64,000 bases of DNA, from positions 21,019 to 85,018 of the IMG/VR virus record IMGVR_UViG_3300013947_000034, one strand, 5' to 3'. The notes beneath the pieces are model-generated. The model ran no database searches. It was not told the origin of the DNA and was given only the letters and a program-made list of their open reading frames with translations. Position 1 is the first letter of the stretch; each line of letters begins with the position of its first letter. The DNA comes from a virus. Taxonomy: Duplodnaviria; Caudoviricetes. The position numbers and the translations under genes were made by a program. This document shows positions 1 through 9,369 of this stretch, one piece after another.

Positions 1-3000
1 GTTTACGTAAAGGATTATCAGGTTTAATACTATTTAGTTTATCTTTAGAAGCACTATCGAGTAAAAGAGCACTAGCAACTTCAAAACCTTTATTCTCAGA
101 ATTAGACTGAATAATAGCTTTAACTTCATCAGCTTTAGACGTATAAGTAGTTTTATTATCCATACCTTTTACAGGGCGGCTTTCAGACTTACTAACTACT
201 TCAAAACTAAATCTAGCATTAGCACCTTGTTTATTAGCTGCAACTCTTCTAATATTGCTACCATTTTCTTGAGCCATATTAACTCTAAGAAGATTGTTTT
301 GTTGAACAAAATCTTTAAAGCTATCATAAGTAAGATTTATACCATTCTTTCCTTTATATTCAGGAATGGTAATTTTAAACTTACCGTCAGTAGTTCTACT
401 AGTAATACCTTGAAGAGGAATGTTATGATTATTATCAGACTTTAGAACAGCAAAGTTAATATTGAAATTAAGACCTTCTATTCCTTTAATAAGTCTATCA
501 GCTACAGCAGACAAATCGCCATTATAAGAAATATAAGTAGGTTTACCATCAACTTTACTAATAATTTGACCTACACCATCACCATTTTTATCTCTATAGA
601 AAAGAAGTTGATTATTCTTATTACCAAAGTTAACTCCAAGAATATTTGCAGTTCTAAATACAGATAGTCCTTTACTGAGGAAAATAGGATTCTTATTAAT
701 ATTAAGAAGATTATCAATAAAATCAATAAAGTTATCTCTATTCTCAGTAAAATTCCCATCGTTAATAGAAGCAAGTCTATCTTTAATTTGAGTAACTATA
801 GCACTTTGAAGTTGCTTAAAGTCTTTACCTGTCTCAACGTGTTGTTGTTTGCCATCTTTTGTATAGTATGTAGCACCTGCCCAACTTACAGGATAAGCAT
901 TGACAATATCTACAGTACCATTGCTACGAGGAACAGTAACATAAGTTCGACCAGCACTAACAAGAAATTTATTGCTTCCAATACCATTAATAAATTCTCC
1001 ATTAATAGACTTAGCAGCAATTTCAAACTTAGTATCTTTAGCAATAGCTAATTGAATAGGTTGAGACGTTTCAGCATCACTTTTGAAAGTACCATCATTA
1101 CTGCGAATAAGTTCACCTTCAAATACATCACTAGCTATAATATCAATATTTGGATTATTATCAAGTTTAGCAGTTTCATTATAACTTTCGCGAAGATTAT
1201 CAAACCATCTATCAATAGAATTAGCAACTACTGCACCAGTAAATTTATTAATATTACCTTCAGTAAGAACTTTATAATTATATCTCCAAAGTTTGGCAAG
1301 TCCATTAAGAGCAACTTCATATTCAGGACCAGTTTTATCAGAGTTAATCATATTATTAGCAACCATGTCTTGAACAATAGGATTACTCTTAAATTCGCTA
1401 ACTAGTTGTTCAGCATTAAACTTATCAAAAGCAGCTTTATGAATAATTTCATTAAGTTTAGCATGCTCAGGAGTTTTACTTCTAGCTATATCTTTAAGAA
1501 CTTGTTTAAGTGCTCCATCCTTAGAACCATCAGTTTTGTCTACATGATAAATAAGACCGTCATTCTTTTGGACATATTCGCCTCGTTCACCTTCAGAAGG
1601 AAGTGATATACTACCAATAAGTTTACCGTTAGATTTAATACCTAAACGATTAGTACCTTTAGCTGTAGTAACTCTTTCGATAGTAAGTTTATCTCCGTTT
1701 TTAAGTTTAACTTGTTCAGCATAATTCTCCTTTAAGTTTTCATCAGTATCAAAATCAGAAAGATTCATATTAACTCTATGAGTAGTTCCATTAGGAAGAG
1801 CAGCATCTCTTTCAGCTTGAGATTTATGGAAGTTATTCAAGAAAACAACAGGATTACTAACATCGTTTGCATCAGTAATATTAAACTTAGCTTGACCTTC
1901 AGGGGTATTAAGATAAGCAGACAAACTATTAAACATAAAGTCAGCCATAGAATAATCATCATAAGCAGACTTAATATAGTCCATAAGGTTCATAAGATTA
2001 CCATAATACTTACCATTAATTTGAGGAAGTTCAACATCTTTAGCATAAACATCAAGTAAATCACTAACAGCTTGTTTGTAAGAATCATCAAATACTACAG
2101 CCTTACCATCTTTTGTTTTAGCATTACGTTCTTCTTGGTCAAAACTACTGAAATAAACAGAAGCAACAGTACTTTCTTTATTCAATATTTTACTCATCTT
2201 TCTACGAACAAGTTTAAAAGCACTATCTATTACTTGTTTACTTTCAGTTTCACTATAACCTTTAGCAACATAATCATCAAGCATAGCTTTAGCTTCAGTG
2301 TCCAAATTTAAATCAGGAGTAGTTTTAATTTTAGCAATAACTCCTTGAAGTATTTTCTTATCATCAGAATTACTATAGAAATCAGGAACTTTAGCTTCTT
2401 CTTTAGGAGTAGTATCTTCTTCTAAATTGGGAGCAACTGGAACAGTAGGAGCAACTGGAACAGTAGGAGCAACTGTAGTAGTTGTACCTTCTTCTATCCC
2501 CCCGGTAGAAGGTATAGTTGTGTTTCCATTAGTTCCTTCTTCTTGATTTCCTTCAACTCCAAGTTTACCTTGACTAACAACTTCAAACTTACCGTCGTTA
2601 TCAAGTCTAACTATTGGAAAACTTACAGGATTAACGTTTTGCTCAGTAGCAATATCAGCATTTGCGAATAAATCATCATTAGCATTAAGTTTAGGACTTA
2701 GAGGATGAACTTCATATTCATTATCGACATCGGTTGGAACAAGTTGATAATCATCATCAGTAGTCTCTTTACCAGTAGTCGTTGTAAACTTATAATTTGT
2801 AAAATCTAATTTTCCGATTTTACTCGGTTTTATCGCAGACTGCTGTGTACCAACATTCGATAATTGCGTATTTCCTTGCGCTGTGACGCTTTCAACTAAC
2901 GACCCTGATAAATTATTCGTCTGACCAGTTTGAGGGGTTGAGAGCGAAGGATTTAGCGGTTCTACCGTTGGCGATGGTTCAGGAGAAGCAGGAGTTTCAG

Positions 3001-6000
3001 TATTAAGTTGTTCAGCTTCTTCTTCTTGAGCTTGAGCAGCAGCAGGTTTAGTCTCTTCAAATAAATCATCTTTAGCAAGCATTTCTTGAATTTGTTCACC
3101 AAAACGATAATTGAGTTTACCGCTAAGATGAAGACAATCTAGAGCTTCTTTTAAATCTGCTTTATCTTTATCGTTAAGAATTGATACAAAGTTATCATAA
3201 TTTTCAAAGTCTTGATTATAATAAGCACCGATTGCGTTAGTGATAGCATTACGATTATCTTTATTACGTTTAGCTATATCCTTAATAGTATCATAAGTTT
3301 GATTTATAACCTTAACTCTAGCATCATCAAGCGTTTGATTTAAGAAACTAAGTTCACTAGCTATATCTTCTCTATTCTTAACTTGTTTACTTTTAAGGTA
3401 ATCTCTATTAACTTCAGCAATAGCTTTATCTACAAGTAAATCAGTAAGATTTTTACCAACAACTCCAGGAATACCAAATTCATCTGCATCAGTAAGAATT
3501 TGATTAGCTTTTCTACGATTTTCTTCAAATGCTTTATTTTGTTCAGCAATAGTTAGTTCATCAGAATATTTACTAAACTCACCAACTATATTATGTTTAG
3601 TTGCATAATCATCAAGTCTTTTGAAATACTCGGCACGTTTAGCAATATCTTCATTTCCTTCAGCATCGTTTAAATTTAAAGACATAATATCTTTAAGTTC
3701 TTTGCTAGCACCTTCGTTAGGTTTAAATTTAAGAACACCATTTTCGTCATGGAAAGCAGTAATTCCAGTACGAATAGCTTCACGAAGGTAGTCAGGAGTA
3801 AGTTGAGCTTGAACAGCAGCTATATTTTTATTAATATTATCAAGAGCTACAGCACTACTAATATCAGTCTTAGCTTTTTCTTCAATTTCTCTACGTTGAG
3901 CATAAAGTTCAGCAAGATTATTAGCAAGAATTGTTTGAGCTGCAACTCTTTGTAAATCATCAATAGAAGTATCACCTAGTTTATCAGCAATTTCTTTAAC
4001 TTGAAGAGCAGCATTAATATTAGCTTGAGTTAAACCAAGTTTGTCTTCTTGACGAGCAATATCTTGACCATACTTTACATTGTTTGTAGCAATCATTTGA
4101 AGATACTCAATTGGAATAACTTGGTCATCCTTACGATGAGCAGCATAGTTATCAGCAATATTCATAACTCTAGTAAGTTCATTATCGTATTGTTGAGTAA
4201 CTTCATCCATTTTATTAAGTATCTCTTGTTGAGTTTGAGTAGCATCTTCTTTAGTAGTAATACCTTTATTTACTAAAGCATCACGTACTTCATTAGATTT
4301 CATAAACTCACGAAGATAACCAGCGTTACCGTGATGAGCTGCATTAAGAGTTAAATCAGTAATAAGTTCATCTTGTGCTCTAGATGCAGCAACTTGTTGA
4401 GCTACAGTATTTCCTTTAATATCAGCGTTTTCACTAGGAGCAGCAAAAGGATTAACTCCTTCTTTTATCTTAGCAGCTCTATCAAAGAATATATTAAAGT
4501 TATTCAACCAAGACTGCATATTATCTCTACGAGCTTTAACTTCACCAGTTTCACTAAGACCAAAAGAACTAGGAGTACTTTCTCCAGTTTGTTCGTCAGT
4601 TTTAGTTTTAGATTTTTCATCTATAGTAGCTTGAACTCTACCAAAAGCAGAACCTAAATGATGAAATACTACACCACCCATTACTCCCCAAAAAGCAGAA
4701 TCAGCAAGTCCTCCGCTACGAAGATACTTTTTCATTCTATCATCCCAAGGAGATTTATCTGCATCTGCTTCATCAAGAAGAACATGACCAAGATTAGTAC
4801 CTTCCATTTGAGCAATATAGTTTACACCTTCTTCAAGACCTTCACTAAGTTCTCCAGCTACAATAAGCTTTTCGTTTTTAAGTCTATCCCAAACTTTATT
4901 ACGAGCTTTAGTCCAAGTAGAAACTTTATCAGCAGCAGCTTTAATTTCTTCTTCAGTTTTGCCTATAGCAAGTCTATTGTTACGAAGAGTTTCATTAAGA
5001 CTAGCACTACCGCTTCTATTTTTAAGACCTTTCCAAAAACCTCTAAGTCCATACATTTGAATAATATCAAACGTAAGATTACCAAAGTTATATTTAAAGT
5101 CTTCATCAGCAGAAGCTTTAGAAATCTTTCTAGCAACAGCATCTTTATCAGAAGTATCAATATCTTGAAGTAGTTCTTGATTCTTATTTACAAATGCTTG
5201 ATAATCTTGATTATTCATACTATTAAGCTTATCAGTAGCAGTTTTATAAACATCTTGATAAACTCCTTGCGCTTCTTGATAATTTTCCATCATACGTTGA
5301 AGTACAGCATTACCTCCAACATTAGCAAAAGTATTAAGCTTACCTCCTTCTCTAGTGCTATTAATAATTCTAGCAGCAGCAGATTGAAAACCAGTAAGAT
5401 GAGTACCTTCTACCCCACGCTCAATATTATCAAGAGTTTTATTAATACCAAATAAACTTTTAAGACCGCTACGACTACGAGCACCGAGTTTAAGAGCTTT
5501 ACCTATAGTACCAACTCCTTTCATAATTCCACTAGCAGGAAGAAGTAAAGTTAAACTAGACATTACACTAGGGAAATTACTAGCCCACCAACCGAAATTT
5601 GTAAGACCTCCACTATAAATATCATTACGTGTAGGGTCACTATAAATTGGAGCTACTTCTTGGTCGAAATAATCTTGCCATTCTTTAATTGTATTACTAA
5701 TAGGATTTTGGTAATCACCATCACTAGTAAAGAAACCATTAGCGACAGCATCAAACAAATCAGGAACAGCTTTAAGTGTACCAAGAATAGCTTGACTAAC
5801 AAGAGCTTGACTTAAAGCATTACCAGCTTTAGTCCAATTAGACTGATTTTCAGCACGCTCTTTGTCAAGATTAGTAATTGGATTAGGAGTAACACCATAG
5901 TGTTGATAACTATGAGTATCGCCCATAACCCAAGTACTACCTACGTTCTTAGCAAATTCATTAGCTGCACCTGAAGTATTATCTTGATTTACATCTAAAG

Positions 6001-6103
6001 TATGAAAGAAGGGTTGTTGAGCACGACCCTTCTTTGTTTTAGGATTATAATTAGGATTACTAACTATAATTCCACTATTATTAAAAACACCTTCTGTATT
6101 CAT
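1..6103 (-). CDS. Giant virion/ejection protein of the crAss-type virion RNA polymerase gene cluster (partial, >2030 aa, runs off left edge)
   Basis: ATG at 6103 (MNTEGVFNNSGII...), 2 nt after the previous stop. The ORF track reports no terminated ORF in this frame and spot translations (160-181, 2440-2515, 2850-2941) are open. Position downstream of cargo genes matches crAss-like giant genes. No DxDxD RNAP catalytic motif was noticed in the visible part. Confidence 0.8.
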   Translation of the reverse strand, partial: MNTEGVFNNSGIIVSNPNYNPKTKKGRAQQPFFHTLDVNQDNTSGAANEFAKNVGSTWVMGDTHSYQHYGVTPNPITNLDKERAENQSNWTKAGNALSQALVSQAILGTLKAVPDLFDAVANGFFTSDGDYQNPISNTIKEWQDYFDQEVAPIYSDPTRNDIYSGGLTNFGWWASNFPSVMSSLTLLLPASGIMKGVGTIGKALKLGARSRSGLKSLFGINKTLDNIERGVEGTHLTGFQSAAARIINSTREGGKLNTFANVGGNAVLQRMMENYQEAQGVYQDVYKTATDKLNSMNNQDYQAFVNKNQELLQDIDTSDKDAVARKISKASADEDFKYNFGNLTFDIIQMYGLRGFWKGLKNRSGSASLNETLRNNRLAIGKTEEEIKAAADKVSTWTKARNKVWDRLKNEKLIVAGELSEGLEEGVNYIAQMEGTNLGHVLLDEADADKSPWDDRMKKYLRSGGLADSAFWGVMGGVVFHHLGSAFGRVQATIDEKSKTKTDEQTGESTPSSFGLSETGEVKARRDNMQSWLNNFNIFFDRAAKIKEGVNPFAAPSENADIKGNTVAQQVAASRAQDELITDLTLNAAHHGNAGYLREFMKSNEVRDALVNKGITTKEDATQTQQEILNKMDEVTQQYDNELTRVMNIADNYAAHRKDDQVIPIEYLQMIATNNVKYGQDIARQEDKLGLTQANINAALQVKEIADKLGDTSIDDLQRVAAQTILANNLAELYAQRREIEEKAKTDISSAVALDNINKNIAAVQAQLTPDYLREAIRTGITAFHDENGVLKFKPNEGASKELKDIMSLNLNDAEGNEDIAKRAEYFKRLDDYATKHNIVGEFSKYSDELTIAEQNKAFEENRRKANQILTDADEFGIPGVVGKNLTDLLVDKAIAEVNRDYLKSKQVKNREDIASELSFLNQTLDDARVKVINQTYDTIKDIAKRNKDNRNAITNAIGAYYNQDFENYDNFVSILNDKDKADLKEALDCLHLSGKLNYRFGEQIQEMLAKDDLFEETKPAAAQAQEEEAEQLNTETPASPEPSPTVEPLNPSLSTPQTGQTNNLSGSLVESVTAQGNTQLSNVGTQQSAIKPSKIGKLDFTNYKFTTTTGKETTDDDYQLVPTDVDNEYEVHPLSPKLNANDDLFANADIATEQNVNPVSFPIVRLDNDGKFEVVSQGKLGVEGNQEEGTNGNTTIPSTGGIEEGTTTTVAPTVPVAPTVPVAPNLEEDTTPKEEAKVPDFYSNSDDKKILQGVIAKIKTTPDLNLDTEAKAMLDDYVAKGYSETESKQVIDSAFKLVRRKMSKILNKESTVASVYFSSFDQEERNAKTKDGKAVVFDDSYKQAVSDLLDVYAKDVELPQINGKYYGNLMNLMDYIKSAYDDYSMADFMFNSLSAYLNTPEGQAKFNITDANDVSNPVVFLNNFHKSQAERDAALPNGTTHRVNMNLSDFDTDENLKENYAEQVKLKNGDKLTIERVTTAKGTNRLGIKSNGKLIGSISLPSEGERGEYVQKNDGLIYHVDKTDGSKDGALKQVLKDIARSKTPEHAKLNEIIHKAAFDKFNAEQLVSEFKSNPIVQDMVANNMINSDKTGPEYEVALNGLAKLWRYNYKVLTEGNINKFTGAVVANSIDRWFDNLRESYNETAKLDNNPNIDIIASDVFEGELIRSNDGTFKSDAETSQPIQLAIAKDTKFEIAAKSINGEFINGIGSNKFLVSAGRTYVTVPRSNGTVDIVNAYPVSWAGATYYTKDGKQQHVETGKDFKQLQSAIVTQIKDRLASINDGNFTENRDNFIDFIDNLLNINKNPIFLSKGLSVFRTANILGVNFGNKNNQLLFYRDKNGDGVGQIISKVDGKPTYISYNGDLSAVADRLIKGIEGLNFNINFAVLKSDNNHNIPLQGITSRTTDGKFKITIPEYKGKNGINLTYDSFKDFVQQNNLLRVNMAQENGSNIRRVAANKQGANARFSFEVVSKSESRPVKGMDNKTTYTSKADEVKAIIQSNSENKGFEVASALLLDSASKDKLNSIKPDNPLRK
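162..181 (+). repeat. 20-bp dispersed motif copy 1 (perfect, in CDS, read as SRPVKGM)
   Basis: ATACCTTTTACAGGGCGGCT. Confidence 0.9.
2430..2475. repeat. 18-bp tandem repeat (2.5 units) coding TVPVAP linker
   Basis: GGAGCAACTGGAACAGTA x2 plus GGAGCAACTG. Confidence 0.9.
2496..2515 (-). repeat. 20-bp motif copy 2 (in CDS, IPSTGG)
   Basis: ATACCTTCTACCGGGGGGAT. Confidence 0.8.
2854..2940. repeat. Composite ~90-bp element, coding copy
   Basis: ATTCGAT..GCG-TATTTCCT ... TGATAAATTATTC ... TTTGAGGG, colinear with 56151-56234. Confidence 0.65.
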
Positions 6104-6105
6104 AA

Positions 6106-8055
6106 TTAATCAATGTCTATATTATAAGCATCATCATCATACATTCCTATATTACTAAGAATATAATTAGAATAAATAGCTCGTTGATTATTAATAAGAT
6201 TAATATTATCAGTATCAATAAAACTACTCATAGCTTTAGCTAGTTTAGTTTTATAATCATCAGAAGAGAAATCTTCATTAACTACATTATTAGCAATAGG
6301 AGCAAAACTTTTCCAAGCATCAGGATAAAGTTCACTCATAGCACTAGTAACATAAGCATCAACTTGTTTAGTTAAATCAGTTTGGAATTGAGTATTAATA
6401 GCCCCATTTTTACCAACAATACCTTTACGAAGATTACCATCTTCATCATAAAATTGTTTGTTTGCCAAATCAATACCATCTTCAACTATAAGCATTTTAT
6501 TGACTTTACGAAGAGCATCATTCTTATCTAGAGGTTGAACTCTACCATTAGCATATTCCATTTGATAAACAGCTTTACCAGTAGCAGGGTCATTATAAAC
6601 ATTAAGTTTACCATCTTGAGGAATATCAACACCATATTGATACATTTCCATACTAGCAAGTTCTTTCATAGCTCTAGTCTGAGAATTTTGAGCAAATACT
6701 CTCTCAGCTTCACCATTCATAAAATCAGGAATAAATATCTGACGACTATTTTGTTTAATATCATCAATTTGATTGCCAGTTTCAGAATCTTTATCAATCT
6801 TAGTTGGAATAGTAATTACATAACCTGTTTGATTACCTTGCATACCGAGAGAAACTTGAGTATCAGGGTCAAACTTTCCACTAGCAATAGCAGCACGAAC
6901 TAAATCTTGAATATTAGCTTTTTCATTGCTATTATCTATAGCATGACGAACAGTTGTATGTTTATCTGAATCTTCTTCATCAGTAACATACATTTCATAC
7001 TGAGTAAAGTCAGCATTCATAAGACCATTAAGAATAGCATTACTATTTTCTTTTACAAGAGAATTAGCTAATTCAGTATTAAGTCTACCACTATTAAGAG
7101 CATCACTAATTTGTTTACGACGAGCACTATTAAAAGGAAGAATCATAGAACTAACAGTAGATACACCATTATTATCTACACCTTTTATCGGGCGGATAGT
7201 TTGTTTAGCTAATTCTATACTTAAAGCAGGAGCTTCAAAATTATCTATCATACTAACACTAGGATTGTAATAATATCCGTCACTTTGTTCAGTATTACTT
7301 GAACTACCAGTAAGTCTAGTAGCTATATCTAGCCCTTGATGTTTAATATTACCACGTTCCATAACAGAACTAGGAAGATTACTTTGATTGTTTTTAATAA
7401 GCTTACCTTTAGCATCAATACCAGCTATCTGAAACCTATAGAGACCTTTATCGTTCTTAATATTGCGAATAGTATCATATACTTTATTAAATAAAGAACT
7501 ACGTTTACTAATATCAAGAATATATTGACCATCTTTAATTCTAATTTTAGCACCAGCCTTTTTTAAAGCAGCTTGAGTAAGATGAGCACGCTTGAGCATA
7601 TCAGTAAATGCATCATTATCATATTCAACATCTTTAGCTAACCAATCAATGCCAAGAAAAGTTCTCTTTTCAGTTTTGTCACCAAATTTAATAGAAAGAC
7701 CTTCAGCATCAGTTCCTTTTATACTACCAAGATTTCTTTTAGCATCAGAATAAGCTTTACTAAAAGAATTACTTGCAGGAATTACATTACCGTCAGAATC
7801 TTTTCCGTTATTAAGTCCTGGTAGAAGATTATCATTATTAACTGCGTTAAGAAAAGCATAAGCTTTACGTTGATTTTCGTCAAAATGAGACATCATACCT
7901 TGTATTCTACGACCATCAGTTCTAAGCTTCTTAATGGTTGCATTAACCATTTGTTGTTTAACTGGGTCAGCAAAGTGAGCACGAGATAAATAATTAGCAG
8001 CACCAGCATAATCTCCATCACTTATAAACTTGTCATATATCTTTTTACTAAGCAT
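6106..8055 (-). CDS. 649-aa probable virion cargo/ejection protein
   Basis: Long ORF with typical codon usage, tightly packed between the 408-aa gene and the giant gene; function inferred from synteny. Confidence 0.6.
   Translation of the reverse strand: MLSKKIYDKFISDGDYAGAANYLSRAHFADPVKQQMVNATIKKLRTDGRRIQGMMSHFDENQRKAYAFLNAVNNDNLLPGLNNGKDSDGNVIPASNSFSKAYSDAKRNLGSIKGTDAEGLSIKFGDKTEKRTFLGIDWLAKDVEYDNDAFTDMLKRAHLTQAALKKAGAKIRIKDGQYILDISKRSSLFNKVYDTIRNIKNDKGLYRFQIAGIDAKGKLIKNNQSNLPSSVMERGNIKHQGLDIATRLTGSSSNTEQSDGYYYNPSVSMIDNFEAPALSIELAKQTIRPIKGVDNNGVSTVSSMILPFNSARRKQISDALNSGRLNTELANSLVKENSNAILNGLMNADFTQYEMYVTDEEDSDKHTTVRHAIDNSNEKANIQDLVRAAIASGKFDPDTQVSLGMQGNQTGYVITIPTKIDKDSETGNQIDDIKQNSRQIFIPDFMNGEAERVFAQNSQTRAMKELASMEMYQYGVDIPQDGKLNVYNDPATGKAVYQMEYANGRVQPLDKNDALRKVNKMLIVEDGIDLANKQFYDEDGNLRKGIVGKNGAINTQFQTDLTKQVDAYVTSAMSELYPDAWKSFAPIANNVVNEDFSSDDYKTKLAKAMSSFIDTDNINLINNQRAIYSNYILSNIGMYDDDAYNIDID
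7178..7197 (+). repeat. 20-bp motif copy 3 (in CDS, IRPIKGV)
   Basis: ACACCTTTTATCGGGCGGAT. Confidence 0.75.
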
Positions 8056-8061
8056 AACTCT

Positions 8062-9288
8062 TTAATTTAAAATACCACATTCAGATAATTGTCTACTAGT
8101 TTGTTGAAATACAGAACCGTCTGTTTTGACATCATAACTATATTCTCCAGGGTTACTAATATAAGTACCACCCAAAGTAGGAATAGGAGAAGTAATATTA
8201 CTAATATCAGTATTAGTAGAAAGAGCATGTTTTGTACTAAAGCTTAAACCTCTAGTAATACTATTACCAGTTTGAGTACTAGTAGTTATGTTATCATAAG
8301 CCATATTCTTAGTAATAATACCTATCTTACTAAGCATATATTCTTTAACTTTAAGAGGTTGCCCATTATCGTCATAAACATCACTCTTTAAAGCGGCAAT
8401 ATTGTTCTCAATATTCTTACGCTCACCTTCATCTGTAGTAGTTTCAAGTTTGTCATTAAGTTGTCCAACTTTCCATACAAGGTCATCGTATTGTTGAATA
8501 AGAGCGTTCATATTATCAGGGTCAAGAGCAAAGAGGTTATTATATACCTCATCAATTTTCTTCTTAGTTAAAGTTTCTCTTTGATAACTAGAACCACTTT
8601 GAGTGCTATAACCAAGTTTTACAGAACGAAGACTATCAGAACCAGAAGAAGCATTTCCTCCAACACCTTGTTCATCAGAAACACTAGACTGTGAACTACT
8701 ACTTGTAGCTTTCTTAACTGGAGCAGCAAGTTGACCAGCAAGAGTAACAAGACGACTAAGGTCAACTTTCTTAACTGGTTCCCAATTAGCTTTCCATTCA
8801 GAACCACCAACTATGTTGCCATTATCATCTTTAATATCTTCATAAGCATATTTATTTTGAGCAAGCCAACGTTCTTTAGTAAGACCTCCAATAACTCCAC
8901 TATTAGCAAGGGATTCAACTTCGCCTTTCTTCTTTTCATAAGCTTCATTAGCACGAATACGACCAATAACTTCAGGAGAAGAAGTAGCACTACCAGCTAA
9001 TTCAGTAGCAACATCTAAAGCTCTACTATAATCTCCATATTGAGCTGCATCGTTAATTTGTTGTTCAATACGTTTAGCATAATCATATTTCCACTTATCT
9101 TCAGCAGCGTTAAGTTTAAGCTGACCAATAGCGTTTGTAATAGCGGACTTTTGTTGAATTGCTTTATCAGAACGTTCATCAATCTTATTTAATGCTTGAG
9201 CAAGAGCATCAAGATTTGCACGAACAGGAATACGTTGAGGTACATAACCACCAATCGTAATAGTACTTTGATTATCCTTATAAGCCAT
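8062..9288 (-). CDS. 408-aa probable virion cargo/ejection protein
   Basis: Helical N-terminus and Ser/Thr-rich middle; first gene after the terminator-promoter pair at 9.3 kb. Confidence 0.55.
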   Translation of the reverse strand: MAYKDNQSTITIGGYVPQRIPVRANLDALAQALNKIDERSDKAIQQKSAITNAIGQLKLNAAEDKWKYDYAKRIEQQINDAAQYGDYSRALDVATELAGSATSSPEVIGRIRANEAYEKKKGEVESLANSGVIGGLTKERWLAQNKYAYEDIKDDNGNIVGGSEWKANWEPVKKVDLSRLVTLAGQLAAPVKKATSSSSQSSVSDEQGVGGNASSGSDSLRSVKLGYSTQSGSSYQRETLTKKKIDEVYNNLFALDPDNMNALIQQYDDLVWKVGQLNDKLETTTDEGERKNIENNIAALKSDVYDDNGQPLKVKEYMLSKIGIITKNMAYDNITTSTQTGNSITRGLSFSTKHALSTNTDISNITSPIPTLGGTYISNPGEYSYDVKTDGSVFQQTSRQLSECGILN

Positions 9289-9314
9289 AATATTATTAAT
9301 TTATTTACTAGTTA

Positions 9315-9322
9315 CAAAAATA
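9315..9322 (-). promoter_or_regulatory. Bacteroidetes-type -7 promoter element
   Basis: TATTTTTG fits TAnnTTTG; between terminator and 408-aa gene. Confidence 0.55.
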
Positions 9323-9327
9323 GCAAA

Positions 9328-9357
9328 ACTTCTGATAGTATTAACACTATCAGAAGT
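9328..9357 (-). terminator. Intrinsic terminator after cargo gene
   Basis: Perfect 12-bp ACTTCTGATAGT/ACTATCAGAAGT followed by TTTG. Confidence 0.75.
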
Positions 9358-9369
9358 AATTACTATATT

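Noticed and set aside
1-6103. Calling the partial giant protein the RNA polymerase catalytic subunit
   Set aside because: No DxDxD catalytic motif was noticed in the visible part
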